In this document: piece after piece, positions 1 to 12,848 of the stretch
Layout: every line of letters starts with the position of its first letter
Position numbering within the stretch: the stretch's first letter is position 1
DNA from: Podarcis tiliguerta
Lineage: Eukaryota
NCBI GenBank assembly: GCA_965153285.1
Contig: OZ229114.1
Direction: 5' to 3' (one strand)
DNA length: 64,000 nt
Position numbers and translations under genes: made by a program
Notes under the pieces: generated by a model
What the model was told of the DNA's origin: nothing
Database searches by the model: none
The model's input: only the letters and a program-made list of their open reading frames with translations

Positions 1-174
1 AATGCTGGAATTGTGTGAACTGGAGCATATGCTAGAGCTTGGTTAATTGTCAAATATTGGGAGTACTGAGGACCCTTCCAACTAGCTAGCTTGGGGGCTT
101 TGGTTTAGGAGCCAGCACACATCCTGTGGTGAGCTGGGGAAGGGATTAATAAAGAATCTTTTGCAAATTAAGCA

Positions 175-320
175 AGAGACCTTGGGTGAGTCACTGCCTC
201 TCAGCTCAACCTACCTCACAGGGTAGTCGTGAGGATTAAATGAGGATGGGGAGAACCATGTGCACCCTGAGCTCCTTGGAGGAAAAAGGTAGAGTGTAAA
301 TGCAGTAAGCAAATAAATCA
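175..320 (+). mobile_element. MIR/CORE-like SINE fragment
   Basis: GACCTTGGGTGAGTCAC...CCTACCTCACAGGGTAGTCGTGAGGATTAAATGAG core-like sequence with an A-rich tail. Confidence 0.55.
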
Positions 321-1849
321 GAGATGGGGAAACCACACTTTAAAAAAAAAATATGCCCCCAATTACTTGTGTATTTGATTAGGTGTAAGGTTATGAAACA
401 CAATCTTGCACTGCTTGCTGTAGTGCCATAAGTGATTAACAGTAATTTCTTTAATTGTCAGTTCTCTCTGTCTCCTGCTCAAAGCACCTGACACGATGCT
501 TAAAAATTCTTCATGTTCATTAGAACAGAGTGGAGACTTTGGAGGAGGGCGAGATCAGGGAGAAAATAATGACAAAAATATTAAGAGAGAAAGAAAAGGC
601 TGCAGTAATCAAAGGGTGGTTTTACAGAAGAAATTAGTGGGTGTCAAAGAGAAAATAATTACCAGGGTGCATTCCAGGAGAAAATTACTGTGATCTGTGC
701 TGTATTGACCACCCCCTCCCCTATTCCCACAATTTCATTTGTCAATCCCTCCATGTCTTATTTGTCTCTGTCTAATGAGGACTGCATATATTCTGGGCAA
801 GGGGACAACTCACTCCAACATTCTATTCCAGACGTAGCACATGACTGCCCGGTAGGAAACAAAAGTGAGATGGTACTAGAAGCAATTCACAGAAGACTGT
901 AATGAATACTAATGGAGGTGGGAGGGATGTCATTTTGACTGTAGCAATTTCCTCCAACCGTAATAGACTTAAAAGGCAAACCATGTTAGCCGTTTAAGTA
1001 CGAGTTAGGATGCAACCAGGTACTGTTTAGTATTGCTTCAAACAAGGCACTTTAATATGGTTCCTGAGTACCAAATACATGTGCTGCATGACTCAATCTG
1101 AACTTCACACCTCTGTATTTTTAGCTGCTTGAGAAAGAACCGAGTTCTCCTCCGCTTGCATATATTTTTAAAGCTGTCACAGGGACAAATGTGCTGCTCC
1201 CACACCCAGCACAAAAAGCCTTCAGAGAGATCGGTCTGTCTGTCTCTTGCTAAAATTGGAAAGGTTTTTGTGGTGTTGGAGATAAATTCTGTGGTCCTGC
1301 ACAGTAGTCATCTTAGAGCATCTCTGCACATCTGCCCTTTACTAAATTTGAAGTCTACTGTAAATGCCACCCAAAAGCCTGCACGGCATGTTGTTAAGCA
1401 TCACATGCTGCCGGAAACAGAAGCTTCACAAATGCACTTGATATGAGGATCATGGGACATTGTTATGAGTTTCTGGGTGCCACTGAATCCCTGGATTCAG
1501 GAAATGTTAAAATATAAGCCAGGCCCATTTCCTGATGAGGAAATCGCCTGGAAGATGAGCCATTGGGAGAATAAACAGAAGGTGCTGAACCATTAGCAAA
1601 GACAAAGAGAGGGGGCTCTGTGTCATACAACAAATGTAAGGGGCCCTTAGTTAAAAGACAAAGCAAGGGTTTGAATTCAAGTCTTTTAGGGTTGGCAGTG
1701 GTGTAACCTAGAGGGGAAAGGGTTGTAAAAGTGGCAAGCTGGAGAGAATCAGTGCATGATGGTTGATTTCTGTTTGAATCTCTGATTGTGGCTATAGGAG
1801 AAATGACCCTTTTGGGGTGGTAAAGATGTGAACACCTCCATTGTAGATT

Positions 1850-1851
<2 letters not shown>

Positions 1852-1887
<36 letters not shown>
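1852..1887. repeat. (GT)18 microsatellite
   Basis: Direct reading. Confidence 0.97.
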
Positions 1888-1891
<4 letters not shown>

Positions 1892-2031
1892 CACCACAGT
1901 CTCCACTGTGGCTCATTCCCAAAAGGAAACACAAACCCTGGAATCCATGGAATCTCACACCGCTCAGAGATTGGGAGTGGTGTGCAACAATATAAAAAAG
2001 AGCCCTCCTTGTGTGTAGGTTCACACACCTC

Positions 2032-2185
2032 ATAGCTCAGTGGTAGTATTTGCTTTGCATGCAGAAGGTCCTAGGTTCAAGCCTCATCATCTCCAGGTAG
2101 GGCTGGGAAGGACTCTTGGCTGAAACCCTGGAGAGCCACTGCCAGTCACTGCAGATAATACTACGTCTGACTCAGTTTAAGGCAG
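2032..2185 (+). mobile_element. tRNA-derived SINE (Squam3-like)
   Basis: TAGCTCAGTGGTAG...TTTGCATGCAGAAGGTCCTAGGTTCAAG head, then CTCCAGGTAGGGCTGGGAAGGACTC...GAAACCCTGGAGAGCC body; related copies occur elsewhere in the window. Confidence 0.7.
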
Positions 2186-2361
2186 AGATGTATAATTAGA
2201 TTATGAGAAATTAATAGCCATGCTTAGCTTATTCTTTAAAATCATAACATACAATTTTCCTGGAAATCATGTTGCAACATCAAGCATTTTTTTCCTTATT
2301 CAAGGGATTGTTTTGTACCTTTGTTCCTGGAAATTAAGATTTGTTTTAAAATAGTGTAGCA

Positions 2362-2375
2362 CCGCCACCTACTGG
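2362..2375 (-). promoter_or_regulatory. Candidate CTCF site
   Basis: The - strand reads CCAGTAGGTGGCGG, a full match to the core CCASYAGRKGGCRS. Confidence 0.55.
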
Positions 2376-3007
2376 GCTACTGATGGGACTTTGGGAAAAG
2401 AAATTCTGATTGTACCTGAATGCAAGGAAAGAGTAATCCAAAAGCAATGGATTAAATGAAGTACTTTGTTTTGTTTATAGAAAGAGAAAGGTGAGGAGGA
2501 AGGGTGTGGCAAATAAATGGAAGCTACACATTGCTTATGGCTTATGCCAACAATGATTGCAAATATTCAGGCTGCCTGCAATGTAGCAAAAATGACTTCA
2601 GATCAGAGTATTTACTTTATTTACTTAAAACATTTCTATCCCATCTTTCAATGCAAGTAATCAGATTTTTTTTAATAAAATAGTAATATCCAAAGTGGCA
2701 CCTACAAAAATATTATTATTAATAATAATAATTGCAACTCACAGAGCTCAGCATTGTTAATTATAGGGGGATCTCATATCGTTAAATGTCTCATTGGCTT
2801 ACAAGTCCACAAATAGCCCGGTCCTTCTGGATATGATGTTAATTTAAGGCACATGCTATACAGCAGGAAACTGAGCAAAAATACATGTTTCTTGAAAAGA
2901 CTGTGACAGCCTAGTGGTTTCATCCTGATCATCCTATATAAAAACCTGGGGGAATGAGGTATTTCATGACAACTTCTTCTTTCCTTCTCCCGAGTATCCC
3001 TGCAATG

Positions 3008-3309
3008 TCAGACTGAGACTGCTCCAGGCACTACCTTGCGGATGTATGTATAGGACTTCCGGAGAGTGACACTTCCGTGATGGGAGACTCCGCGGGGGAG
3101 GACACATTCTTCCGTCAGTTTCTGGGTCTCAGCATCCCAACACAGCACAGTGGCAATGACATCGTTCTTCTCGTCTCGTCCTCCGGTGATGAACAGCTTG
3201 TTGTTGCAAGGAGCAATCCCACAACTTGCTCGTTCGTGGCTTAACTGGGTCGCCAGGCACCAGGTGTCTGTGAGGGGGCTGTAAGAATAGACTGCCCTCA
3301 TAGCTCCAC
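3008..3309 (-). CDS. KLHL6: KLHL6 last coding exon (kelch repeats, stop)
   Basis: Acceptor CGCTTCAG|GT; [16 protein letters not shown]...[24 protein letters not shown]...PGAVSV*; the seven exons sum to 1836 nt (611 aa). Confidence 0.96.
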
Positions 3310-3441
3310 CTGAAGCGGGAAGAGAGCAAAGGATTCCTTCTGGGAAATGTGTTTCTTTTGAAATACATTCTAGGCTTCAGGCCAAAATGTTAAGTACCAG
3401 GTTTCCTCAACCCACAGGACAAAGAGAAGACAGGACACTTA

Positions 3442-3661
3442 CAGTGGTACCTCGGGTTAAGAACTTAATTTGTTCCAGAGGTCCATTCTTAACCTGAAAC
3501 TGTTCTTAATCTGAGGTACCACTTTAGCTAATGGGGCCTCCCGCTGCCACCGCACAATTTCTGTCCCCATCCTCTTAACCCGAGGTAATATTTCTGGGTT
3601 AGCAGAGTCTGTAACCTGAAGTGTCTGTAACCTGAAGCGTCTGTAACACGAGGTACCACTG
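3442..3661. mobile_element. Tc1/mariner-pogo-type MITE (family A)
   Basis: TIRs CAGTGGTACCTCGGGTTA / TAACACGAGGTACCACTG, flanked by TA; internal TAACCTGAAG repeats. Confidence 0.85.
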
Positions 3662-4536
3662 TATTTAGAAAAGACAGCCAGCCAAAGACTTTACTTCATC
3701 AACTAGCCTTCATCATCCGGGTGCCTTCCAGTTGGTTTGGACTACATTTTCCAGAAGCCCATGCTCACTGAGGCTGGTGGGAATTGTAGCCCAAGACATC
3801 TGAAAGCCACCAGGCTGGTTGTTCTCATCAATGGGAACTGTGACCACCCCCCACCCCCCATGGCACAGCATATCAGTATGAAACTTCAAAAGGGCACTGG
3901 GGATCGTTCATTGCATTTCAGCTTTCCGTTGAACTGGAAGCTGTCTCCTCGCACTGGGGAGACTCTGCAAAGGAGACATGAAATGGAATCCTATGAATAT
4001 AAGTATTTTGCCTGCATTGTTTTTTACTGCTACTGTAGCTGTGAAACAATGCACAATTATAAAGAAAGTAAATCTTATTTTTAAACTGACTTCCCCATTT
4101 GTTGCCCGATTCTTTGTCAAGTGGGTAGAAAGGGGAAGCCAGTTTACTTTTGGACTTGGTCAAACAAGATTTTATAGCCTAATTCCTATGCTTTCAACCC
4201 ACATATGTGGGCGCCCAGAGGGATAAATTACAGTTAATATACCCTCTCCTACCAGTGCTGTAACTCTCCAATCGTTTGACTTCGCCACCAAAGGTGCATT
4301 CTTCCATTGTCTCCCGAGACAGATGGATGCCAACCAGTCAGCCAAAACCATTAAAACCCATCCCGCAATTTACACTTCTCTGTGTGCATGCACACCCATT
4401 AAAAAATATCTCAACATGGAATTCAAAACTATCCCCATTCCTCCAAGTGGTGATTCGCAGAGGAACCAGAGTTTGACTTCATTGCCTTCTTGTCCTTCAA
4501 CTGGAATTCTAGAAAAAGTGTTCCAGCTGTACCTAC

Positions 4537-4750
4537 CCACAACATAGATGTGGTCGTGGAAACTGGTGGCATTGACACATTTTGCCTCAACAGGCATGGG
4601 TGATTTTAAGCTCCAGTTGTTTGTTGCTGGGTCATAACATTGCGTTTTGTCCGTGGCCAGCTTCCCATTGGGTCCTCCTCCAATCACATAGAGCTTCTTC
4701 TTGTAACTGGCGGCCCCAAATGAACTGACGTTGACCATGAGAGGAGCTGC
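4537..4750 (-). CDS. KLHL6: KLHL6 coding exon 6 (kelch repeats)
   Basis: Acceptor TTATTGTAG|GCA; [41 protein letters not shown]...IYVVG; donor G|GTAGG; 214 nt. Confidence 0.95.
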
Positions 4751-5211
4751 CTACAATAATGCAAAACAACAGAACTGAGGAACGTGCTGAAGATTCATCA
4801 GGACTTCATGTGTCATGTATATTAATTCTCTTTTTTTAAAAAAAAAGTAAAGAGGAGAGAAATGAGTTGGGGGCAAGTGATGACGAGTGTACGACTGACG
4901 CAATTAAGATGCCCATGGCATTCAAAGGAACTTCCAGGTAAATGTCTAGAATTGCCACCTTTGTTTTGCATAATGTGCATCCATGTATGATGGTTGATTG
5001 GGTAAAAAGAAAACGCCATTCTAAATTTATCTTCTAGATAACCTTACATTTGCATTATAGATGCAGGAAATGCAAAAAACAAAAACAAAAAACCCCACAC
5101 ATTTTTGGTGTGAAAACACCATTTGTCTATTAACCAACATCTGAGAGTAGAAAGTTGTTATTCTAGTCTGTTTCCTGTTTCATCAATACCAAAAGCACAT
5201 CTGTACTTTAC

Positions 5212-5414
5212 CTCTGACCAACAGTTGTGAAAAGAATCATATGTCTCCACACTGTTGATTCTTTGTATGCCGTCGTAACCACCAATGACATACACCTTGC
5301 CACCCAATACGGCCATTTTGTGTCTCCATCTTCCAACGTTCAAATATTCAATTTGGATCCATTTGTTGATGGATGAATTATATTTCCAAACTTCGTGTTG
5401 CGTTTCTTTCCCTC
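5212..5414 (-). CDS. KLHL6: KLHL6 coding exon 5 (kelch repeats)
   Basis: Acceptor ATCACAG|GA; [48 protein letters not shown]...CWSE; donor GAG|GTAAAG; 203 nt. Confidence 0.96.
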
Positions 5415-5671
5415 CTGTGATGAATGTAAGATACCAAATTAGAACCAAACTTCCAGAATTTGTTCCTAGATTTTTGATTTCTAAATATATATAGCAATAT
5501 TCTCCAAGAGCCAGCTCAATTCTTTTTTTAAAAAATGAGGGTAAAACTTCCACAACAAAAGCATTGTAGGATAACTGCAATTTGACCACAAATTTATAGT
5601 TTGGCAACAGTCCGACTCCTGAAAGAACTATGAACATTGTTACTTAAACCTAATGTTTAATAGTCTCAGGT

Positions 5672-5746
5672 CATAGAATCATAGAATTGTAAAGTTGGAA
5701 GGGATCACAAGGATTATCTAGTCCAACCTCCTGCAATGCAGGAATC
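5672..5746 (-). mobile_element. CR1-type LINE 3' tail fragment
   Basis: (CATAGAAT)2 octamer tail followed by GTTGGAAGGGA...TCTAGTCCAACC. Confidence 0.65.
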
Positions 5747-5853
5747 TTTTGTCCCATGTGGAGCTAAAACCCAGGGCCCTAAGATTAAGAGTCTCGTGCT
5801 GTAACTATTTTTCCTCCCTCATTTATTTCCATGGGCATTATGATCTTCCTTAC

Positions 5854-6091
5854 CTGATATGTAGACTTCATTTTTTAATGTGGCACAAGCAAACTCCACC
5901 CATTTTTTATTCTCACACTCGGCTTCTTGTTCCGTGTTGGGCAGTTTTGCCACTTCCAAACGACTGCGCCTCAAAGGATCAAGGCAGGTGACTTCAGCTA
6001 CAAACTTTTCATCCTTTGTGCAGCCACCTATGATCATGAAGACCTCTGACTGGAATTCGTGCATTCTCGGCTTTGTTCTTTCAGAAATGAT
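5854..6091 (-). CDS. KLHL6: KLHL6 coding exon 4 (linker and first kelch repeat)
   Basis: Acceptor TTTCATTTAG|ATC; [28 protein letters not shown]...NEVYISG; donor G|GTAAG; 238 nt. Confidence 0.96.
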
Positions 6092-7725
6092 CTAAATGAA
6101 AGCAAGGAGCTGGAGAGATCTTTATCTTTTAACATTTTAACAAAAGCCCCCCTTCACTCCCAGTAAGTAATTCCCCTAGGAACATGCCAAGCTCCAGACA
6201 CCTTCAAGATTGTCTACCCACCTTCTGAATGCAAGCTGTGCTCATTTTTTTTAAAAAAAATTGGATTAGAAAAACAGCATACAATAAAACGCAAGTTACA
6301 AAACTCATTCCGATCAGTGTACTAGTGTATACAGTATATTGTAATAAACGTTTAACAGATTATTCCAAAAGATCTAGAAGACATGATTTTAAGAGTTGTT
6401 TGCATGCATTTAATGCATGGTTGTTACCTATTTAAAAATATTCTTCATAAGACACACATGCCTAACTCTATGAAATTCATTAAATAAATAGTCTAACATA
6501 AAAAAAAACCCTCCACCTTTCCCCCTAATGATTGAGCAAATTGTGCCCATATAGCTTCAATATTCTTGGATACTGACTATTTATACCAGGGATGGAGAAA
6601 ATGTGACTCTCCAGCACTCACCAACCCTGACATCTGGCCATGTAGGCTGGAGCTGAAGTCCATCAAAGTCTAGAGGGCTGCTCCTGAATTAGACCCATTT
6701 CATTCTGGAATCAGGTCTGAATTGCCACTGAAATGGCCTTGATTGCTCCACCTTGTGCTGAGGGAATAACAGGGGAAGTACAACCCTGTTCATTCTCCTG
6801 GACCTCTCGATGGCATTCATACTGACAGATGGAAGTTGGTTAACCACCATTTTGATGGCTCTAGTCTTCAATGGAAGATCTTTTTCGGAAAGTTATGCTG
6901 GGAAATGATTGCTCTGCATCTCACCTTGCTCTACCTATTCAATTTGTATCTCAACCTTCCTCCCAAAGGAGCCCAGGTGGCTCCACAGGTCTCCTCATCC
7001 TGTCCTCCCTGCTTTATAACTTCTATGTGATACCACTGGAGGGAAGTTATTCAAATATGTGCTGTGAAATACCGTTGATATGCTGATGCCACCCAATTCT
7101 ATTTCTTCTTTGCTTATGAGGCCATAGAAGACCTGAACGGATGACTGAGGTCAGGAACCTGTGGCCCTCCAGAAGTTGTTGGACTTCAGCTCCCATCAGC
7201 ACTGAATGACATGGCCAATGGTCAAGGATGATGGAGATTGTAGTCAGAACAACATCTGAAAGGCCACAGGTTCACCACTCCTAGTATAAGTTGTTACTAA
7301 TACTAGATCAATAAAATTACCAGTACTGTATCAGCGTAATATAAAATTAGTATTATTTTTTTTACTTTTTTACTTATATAGTACTATATAAGTACAAAGG
7401 GGTGTGAATTTCTCTTTCTTTTTATGCAGACTTCTTTCTTGCTTGAAAGAATATTCAATATATACAGTCCAACTCACACCATAAAGCATCCTGAACTTAA
7501 CTTTCCATGACAATAGCTTGTGAATCTGCATTACAAACTTTAGGCTTCTTCCTCTTTCCAAATATATACTGATAAGGTGTTCAAAGGGAAAGTATGGCAG
7601 CTGTCCAACTCCCATACATTGATACTCATACCCAAAAAATAGTCACAGGTGGGGGAATCTTGTAGCACCACCTCAAAGTATTATTTATTAGGGCAAAAGC
7701 TTTCATGGACTTCACCAGAGGCAGA

Positions 7726-7975
7726 AAGAAGAAGAAGAGTTTGGATTTGATATCCCGCTTTATCACTACCCTAAGGAGTCTCAAAGCGGCTGACATTCTC
7801 CTTTCCCCTTCCTCCCCCACAACAAACACTCTGTGAGGTGAGTGGGGCTGAGAGACTTCAAAGAAGTGTGACTAGCCCAAGGTCACCCAGCAGCTGCATG
7901 TGGAGGAGCGGAGACGCGAACCCAGTTCCCCAGATTACGAGTCCACTGCTCTTAAGCACTACACCACACTGGCTC
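7726..7975 (-). mobile_element. tRNA-derived CORE-type squamate SINE
   Basis: The - strand head GAGCCAGTGTGGTGTAGTG (A box)...GGGTTCGCGTCTCC (B box), MIR-like core GTGACCTTGGGCTAGTCAC...CCTCACAGAGTGTTTGTTGTGGGG, (TTC)n tail. Confidence 0.75.
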
Positions 7976-8292
7976 TGTGTGTAAGAACAGTGTATGTATG
8001 TTCATGGTTACGGGGGCAAAAGATGTAAATAACTGTACTGTATATCTGTTAGTCTTTATGGTGCCACAAAACTATATGTTGTCTTTTCTGGAAGAGATTA
8101 ACATGGCTACCTTCTTGAAAATGTTACCATAGAGATGGATGTTAGGAAGTTAGCATTCCCAAAAGGCAGGATGACACTGCCACAAGCAGGAACACCACAG
8201 AAAGCTCACTGCAGAGTACCTATAGATAGTTCAAGCAGCTCATTGAATCACTAGTCTGAACTTTTTCTTAATACAATCAACATTTAACTCAC

Positions 8293-8742
8293 CTCATTCC
8301 CTGATAGATGGTACATTCTGGCTTCTTGAAGCAGAGGAAAGACATCAGGGCACTGTCGGATCAGTGGCTCAGCTTCTACAGTCTCTACAAAATACCAAGG
8401 GTCCAGAAGGGGTAGTCTGACACCCTCAAGGATGTAAGGAAGGAGAGGAAGTCTTTCTGCTATTTTGTAATGCACCCAGTTTATAACCATTTCAAACACT
8501 TGAGCTTCGTCAGTGACACAGAGTTCATCACTCTTGAGCATACTATATAGGATATCCACAGGCAGTTCTAAGAACTCGTCGTAATTCAGTACTTGGGAAA
8601 AATTATGTATAATATACCCCTTGACCTGCTGCTTCAGTTTATCAAGTGAATGAGCATCAGCCAGTCTCAGAATCCCAACACAGTTTTCTGGATGAAGAGC
8701 TTCATTGAGAAAATTGGAGCAAGCTTCTACCATTCGCAAAAA
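8293..8742 (-). CDS. KLHL6: KLHL6 coding exon 3 (BACK domain)
   Basis: Acceptor CTTGTAG|TTT; [12 protein letters not shown]...[15 protein letters not shown]...[16 protein letters not shown]...LSGNE; donor GAG|GTGAGT; 450 nt. Confidence 0.96.
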
Positions 8743-9466
8743 CTACAAGCAGAAAAGGAAGCACATTAAGTTACTATGCAGACATGCCCTCCTGTGCTTG
8801 TTCATTTATTTTACTGCTCTTAACAAATCTTAAGAATGTGAGGAAGCAATGTCCCTGATGTAAAATGTGCAAATGCCATGTTTAGTATGCATTGCTGGTG
8901 AAGGCAATTTGCCTCTGAATGCCAGTTTCTGGGAACCAAAAGCGGGGAGAGTGCTGTTGCACTCAGCTTGCAGTCTCCCCACAGGCTTCTGATTGGTCAC
9001 TGTGGGAACAGGAAGCTGGACTAGATGGGCCTTTGGTCTAACCCAGCAAGGGGCTTCTTATGCTTCATTGAGCTTGATGCTGCTCATCTGTATAATAAAC
9101 CTTCAAAATGCTGGGATGTGGTAAGTGGGGATTCCAGGGGAGAAAGGAATTCTGTGATGAGTGGGAACATAAACAGTGTCAGGTAGGCAAAACTGATTTC
9201 ACAGGGCCTATTTGCACAAACATTTGGAGAGTGTAAGAGCCTGTACAAAAGGTGAGGCTCCTGAAGTGTCCAGACACCATCTTGACTGTGAGTCCTGGAA
9301 GACTTGCTCCCTGCATTGCTGGCCGTTTTCTACCTGGCCATATTGTTTAGGGAGTTTTGTTACTGTTATTGGTGTTATTTTTTGTATCTTTATTTTTAGA
9401 TCTTATGATTTATATGCAGATTGTTCAGTTTGGTTGTGTACTTTTTGTTGTGCTTATAAATTGTTG

Positions 9467-9799
9467 GCTGTGGTCTAAACCACTGAGCCTAGGGCTTGCC
9501 GATTGGAAGGTTGGCGGTTCGAATCCCCGCAACGGGGGGAGCTCCCGTTGCTCGGTCCCTGTTCCTGCCAACCTAGCAGTTCGAAAGCACATCAAAGTGC
9601 AAGTAGATACCTTCCGTCGGGAAGGTAAATGGCGTTTCCATGTGCTGCTCTGTTTCATCAGAAGTGGCTTAGTCATGCTAGCCACATGACCTGGAAGCTG
9701 TACGCCGGCTCCCTTGGCCAGTAAAGCAAGATGAGCACCGCAATCCCAGGGTTGTCCGCAACTGGACCTAACAGTCGGGGTCCCTTTACCTTTACCTTT
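9467..9799 (+). mobile_element. Sauria SINE (near full length)
   Basis: tRNA-like head with B box GGTTCGAATCCC, body CTGCCAACCTAGCAGTTCGAAAGCA...AGTAGATA, tail (TTTACC)n. Confidence 0.85.
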
Positions 9800-10844
9800 G
9801 TAATTTAAGTAAATATTTTTATGTTGTAATCTGCCTTGAGCATGGTTTTAACTATGGAAAGGCAGCATACACATAAAATGGTGGTGGTGGTGCAAGAGGT
9901 TTACGCATCAACATACCATGCACATGGTCTGGATCAAATGTTGAAAGAGGGTGAAGGGCAGATCAGATTGACTGGGTGGGAATGAGTTTGAGAGATTACT
10001 AGTTCTAATTGCACCCATCTCAGACTTCAGTTTACTGTGAATTTGTTTTCATTGTTACTCAGGAAAGAATGCTGCCTTTGGTTAACCCTGGATAACAAAG
10101 GAAACATGGGCCCTGGGTAGTACATCTGGAACTCCCTCGAAGCTTGCACTGCCCAGAGATTGGGAGTGGCATGTAACACTATACATACCAAAATCCCAGC
10201 TAAAATCTCAAGGAAAGGCTGAGCACTCAGGGTGCTTCCAGATACCAGTAGTTCAGCAGTTTTCTCCATAACTTTTTTTAAAAACCTGCACCTAAGCTTA
10301 GAGTTGATGGAGTACAAAGTAGTGCATGACTTTTTTTAATAAAAAAAAGTAGTTAAAAGGGAAAGAGGGAAGTGAAAAATCTGAAACACCATTTTTAATG
10401 GTGGTGGTGTGTTTTAAAGAAGTGTTTACAGCAGAGTTTTGTGCTGAGAGCCATGTCCTGTTGACACATTTAGGCTGCTTATCATAACAGACCTGGCCTA
10501 TAAACCACTGGTTCCTGTTTTTTAAAGATACATGTGGGCAAACATTTAAAGAAACGAAGCTCTCAAATCAAAATTAGATGTACTTATTCCATTTGATAAA
10601 CTTCCCCTCTGTATCATATTTACAGCCAGCTTTATCTGCCACACATGGAGTGGAGCCAGGCAGGGCTGGAACTACAAGTTAATGGGACAAAAACTGGAAG
10701 GAATGCTGGTCCATTTAAAAATAATTCACGTGCTTCAGCACTTTTTATTATTGTTGTGATCAAGCTGAAAAATTAAAAAGCTTGCTTGATACTTTGAGCT
10801 ATTTTAGGTAGTCCTCATTATGCCAGTCCCATTAAAGTGGGGTA

Positions 10845-11068
10845 GGTGTAAAGGTGTAAACGGACCACTGACCATTAGGTCCAGTCGTGACCGACTCATG
10901 GGTTGCGGTGCTCATCTCGCTTTATTGGCCAAGGGAGCCGGCGTACAGCTTCCTGGTCATGTGGCCAGCATGACTAAGCCGCTTCTGGTGAACCAGAGCA
11001 GTGAACGGAAACGCCGTTTACCTTCCCGCCAGAGCAGTACCTATTTATCTACTTGCACTTTGACATGC
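10845..11068 (-). mobile_element. Sauria SINE, 3' part
   Basis: Reverse complement of the 3' half of the 9467 copy (GTCATGTGGCCAGCATGACTAAGCCGCTTCTG, TATTTATCTACTTGCAC). Confidence 0.8.
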
Positions 11069-11443
11069 CAAAGAAGAAGAAGAAGGAGCTGGGTAAGGCA
11101 GGCAGGCAGAGCCAGCCCTTAAACAGCAAAAACCAGTTTAAGGCTGCAGTGCTTTGCACACTTAATTGGGAATTGATCTTGGACTGACTTCTGAGTAAGC
11201 ACGTTTTGATTCACACAGCATGCCTTGCTTGTGAACTTAGGCTGAACATTAGATCTAGTCATTAAATAGAGCAGCCAATGAAATCCCAAAGCAAAATATT
11301 GTTTCATGGTAAAATTCAAGTTGCCCGAAGACTAATCCAACAGCTGTCAATTAGCCATTTTCACACTAAACAATGAGCTAAAACTAGTACTCACATGAAT
11401 TTGGTATGGTTTCTATGTGCTGTAAATATTTTACTTCACTAAC

Positions 11444-11609
11444 CTGAAAAAGACTAGCGGCTTCCAGGACTTTCTGGACATTTTCCTTAGTGATCAGCAC
11501 TTTGCTTGTGTAAGTGTAATCCAAAAGAATCTGCATTGTTTCAGCATCAACTCCCTTAATTACTATTTTTTCTTCATACTTTTCTTTCAAGTCGTTGCAA
11601 AACATTGCC
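11444..11609 (-). CDS. KLHL6: KLHL6 coding exon 2 (BTB)
   Basis: Acceptor TTCCCCTTCAG|G, then [34 protein letters not shown]...AASLFQ; donor CAG|GTTAGT; 166 nt. Confidence 0.96.
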
Positions 11610-12713
11610 CTGAAGGGGAAAACACGTAATTTCTTGGAAGACCAGTCATTCTGAAATACGCTCTGGAAACAAACATACTAATACTCCCCCAAACACTTCA
11701 TATGTAATTTATTTTAAAGTATGTTTATGCTATTTTTCTATTTTAAAATATTGAAAGTTGCTAACAATATATATCAGATCAGAGCAATAATAAAAAATTT
11801 AACTACAAAACCATAAGAGCAATCCTTTAAAACCACCAAACTGATCTATAAAACATATGGTAAGCTCAGTACACACTAAAATACATCTTATATGGTAAGT
11901 CTGAACGTTATTATTAAAAGATTCTTGTTTTTAACACATGCTATTAATTTGTTTTTGATATTGTTTGTATACATACTACATTGGGCTATAGTGTCTTGTT
12001 ATAATTCAGATTTGAAAAATTAAAATAAATAAATAAAATGTTGTGTCTAATCAGCTAATGAGTATGGAATAAACGTGTTTTTATTCCAGAAGCCAAAAGC
12101 CAAGGAGAGGTGGAACTGTGTGGATCTCATGCTGGTGCCAGGACAAAGAAGAACCTCTTCTCAGTGCTCATCTGTCATACTTCAGATGGCAAGAAGACAT
12201 AAATCAGAGTCTTACATATTGACCAGAGGAAAATTCACATGGGATGGCACAGTTCTTCTAAGCCATTGGGGTTGTAAACATCAATACTTTGAATTGACAC
12301 CAGGAACAAATTTGTAATCAATAAATATGGCATGATGCTGGAATAGATTATCTTTCCTTTGAGCCTCCATTAACACCTTGGCAGCTGTATTTTGTTTCTG
12401 ATGAAGTTTCAGAGACAGCCCCATATAGAGCATGTCATAGGAGGGACAGGTAGCCTGTGGCCCTCCAGATGTTGCTGAACCATCTCTGAGAGATGAGTGG
12501 CTAATAAGGTTTTAAAATAAATAAGTACAAGCACCAATACCGCTCCACAGCCTCCCTAGGGTCAAAAGATGGAAATGAAAGACAGAGTAGCTGGGTATCT
12601 TCAGCATATTGATGACACCTCAACTGAAATGTATGGAGGGCGTTATCCAGTTGTTTCATGGGGATGTTAAACAGCACAAGGGACCAGATGAACCCATTCA
12701 GTACCCAATAAGC

Positions 12714-12848
12714 CAGGCTTCCTCAACCTTGGCCCTCCAGATGTTTTTGGCCTACAACTCCCGTGATCCCTAGCTAGCAATACCAGTGGTCAGGGATGTG
12801 GGAACTGTAGTCTCAAAACATATGGAGGGCCGAGTTTGAGGAAGCCTG
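12714..12848. mobile_element. hAT-type MITE
   Basis: TIRs CAGGCTTCCTCAA / TTGAGGAAGCCTG; 8-bp TSD CAATAAGC / CCATAAGC. Confidence 0.8.

Noticed and set aside
1463-2033. ORFs with HTHTHT runs
   Set aside because: These are translations of the (GT)18 microsatellite.
2032-2095. tRNA-like sequence (TAGCTCAGTGGTAG...GGTTCAAG)
   Set aside because: It runs directly into a SINE body shared by other copies and does not appear to form a proper acceptor stem, so it is not a functional tRNA gene.
2616-2621. AATAAA on the - strand as the KLHL6 poly(A) signal
   Set aside because: It is plausible but lies in an AT-rich repeat-tail-like tract and cannot be assigned without 3'-end data.
3442-3661. Short internal repeats (TAACCTGAAG) that look like an array
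   Set aside because: They are subterminal repeats of a MITE in a vertebrate genome, with no spacer-repeat CRISPR structure.
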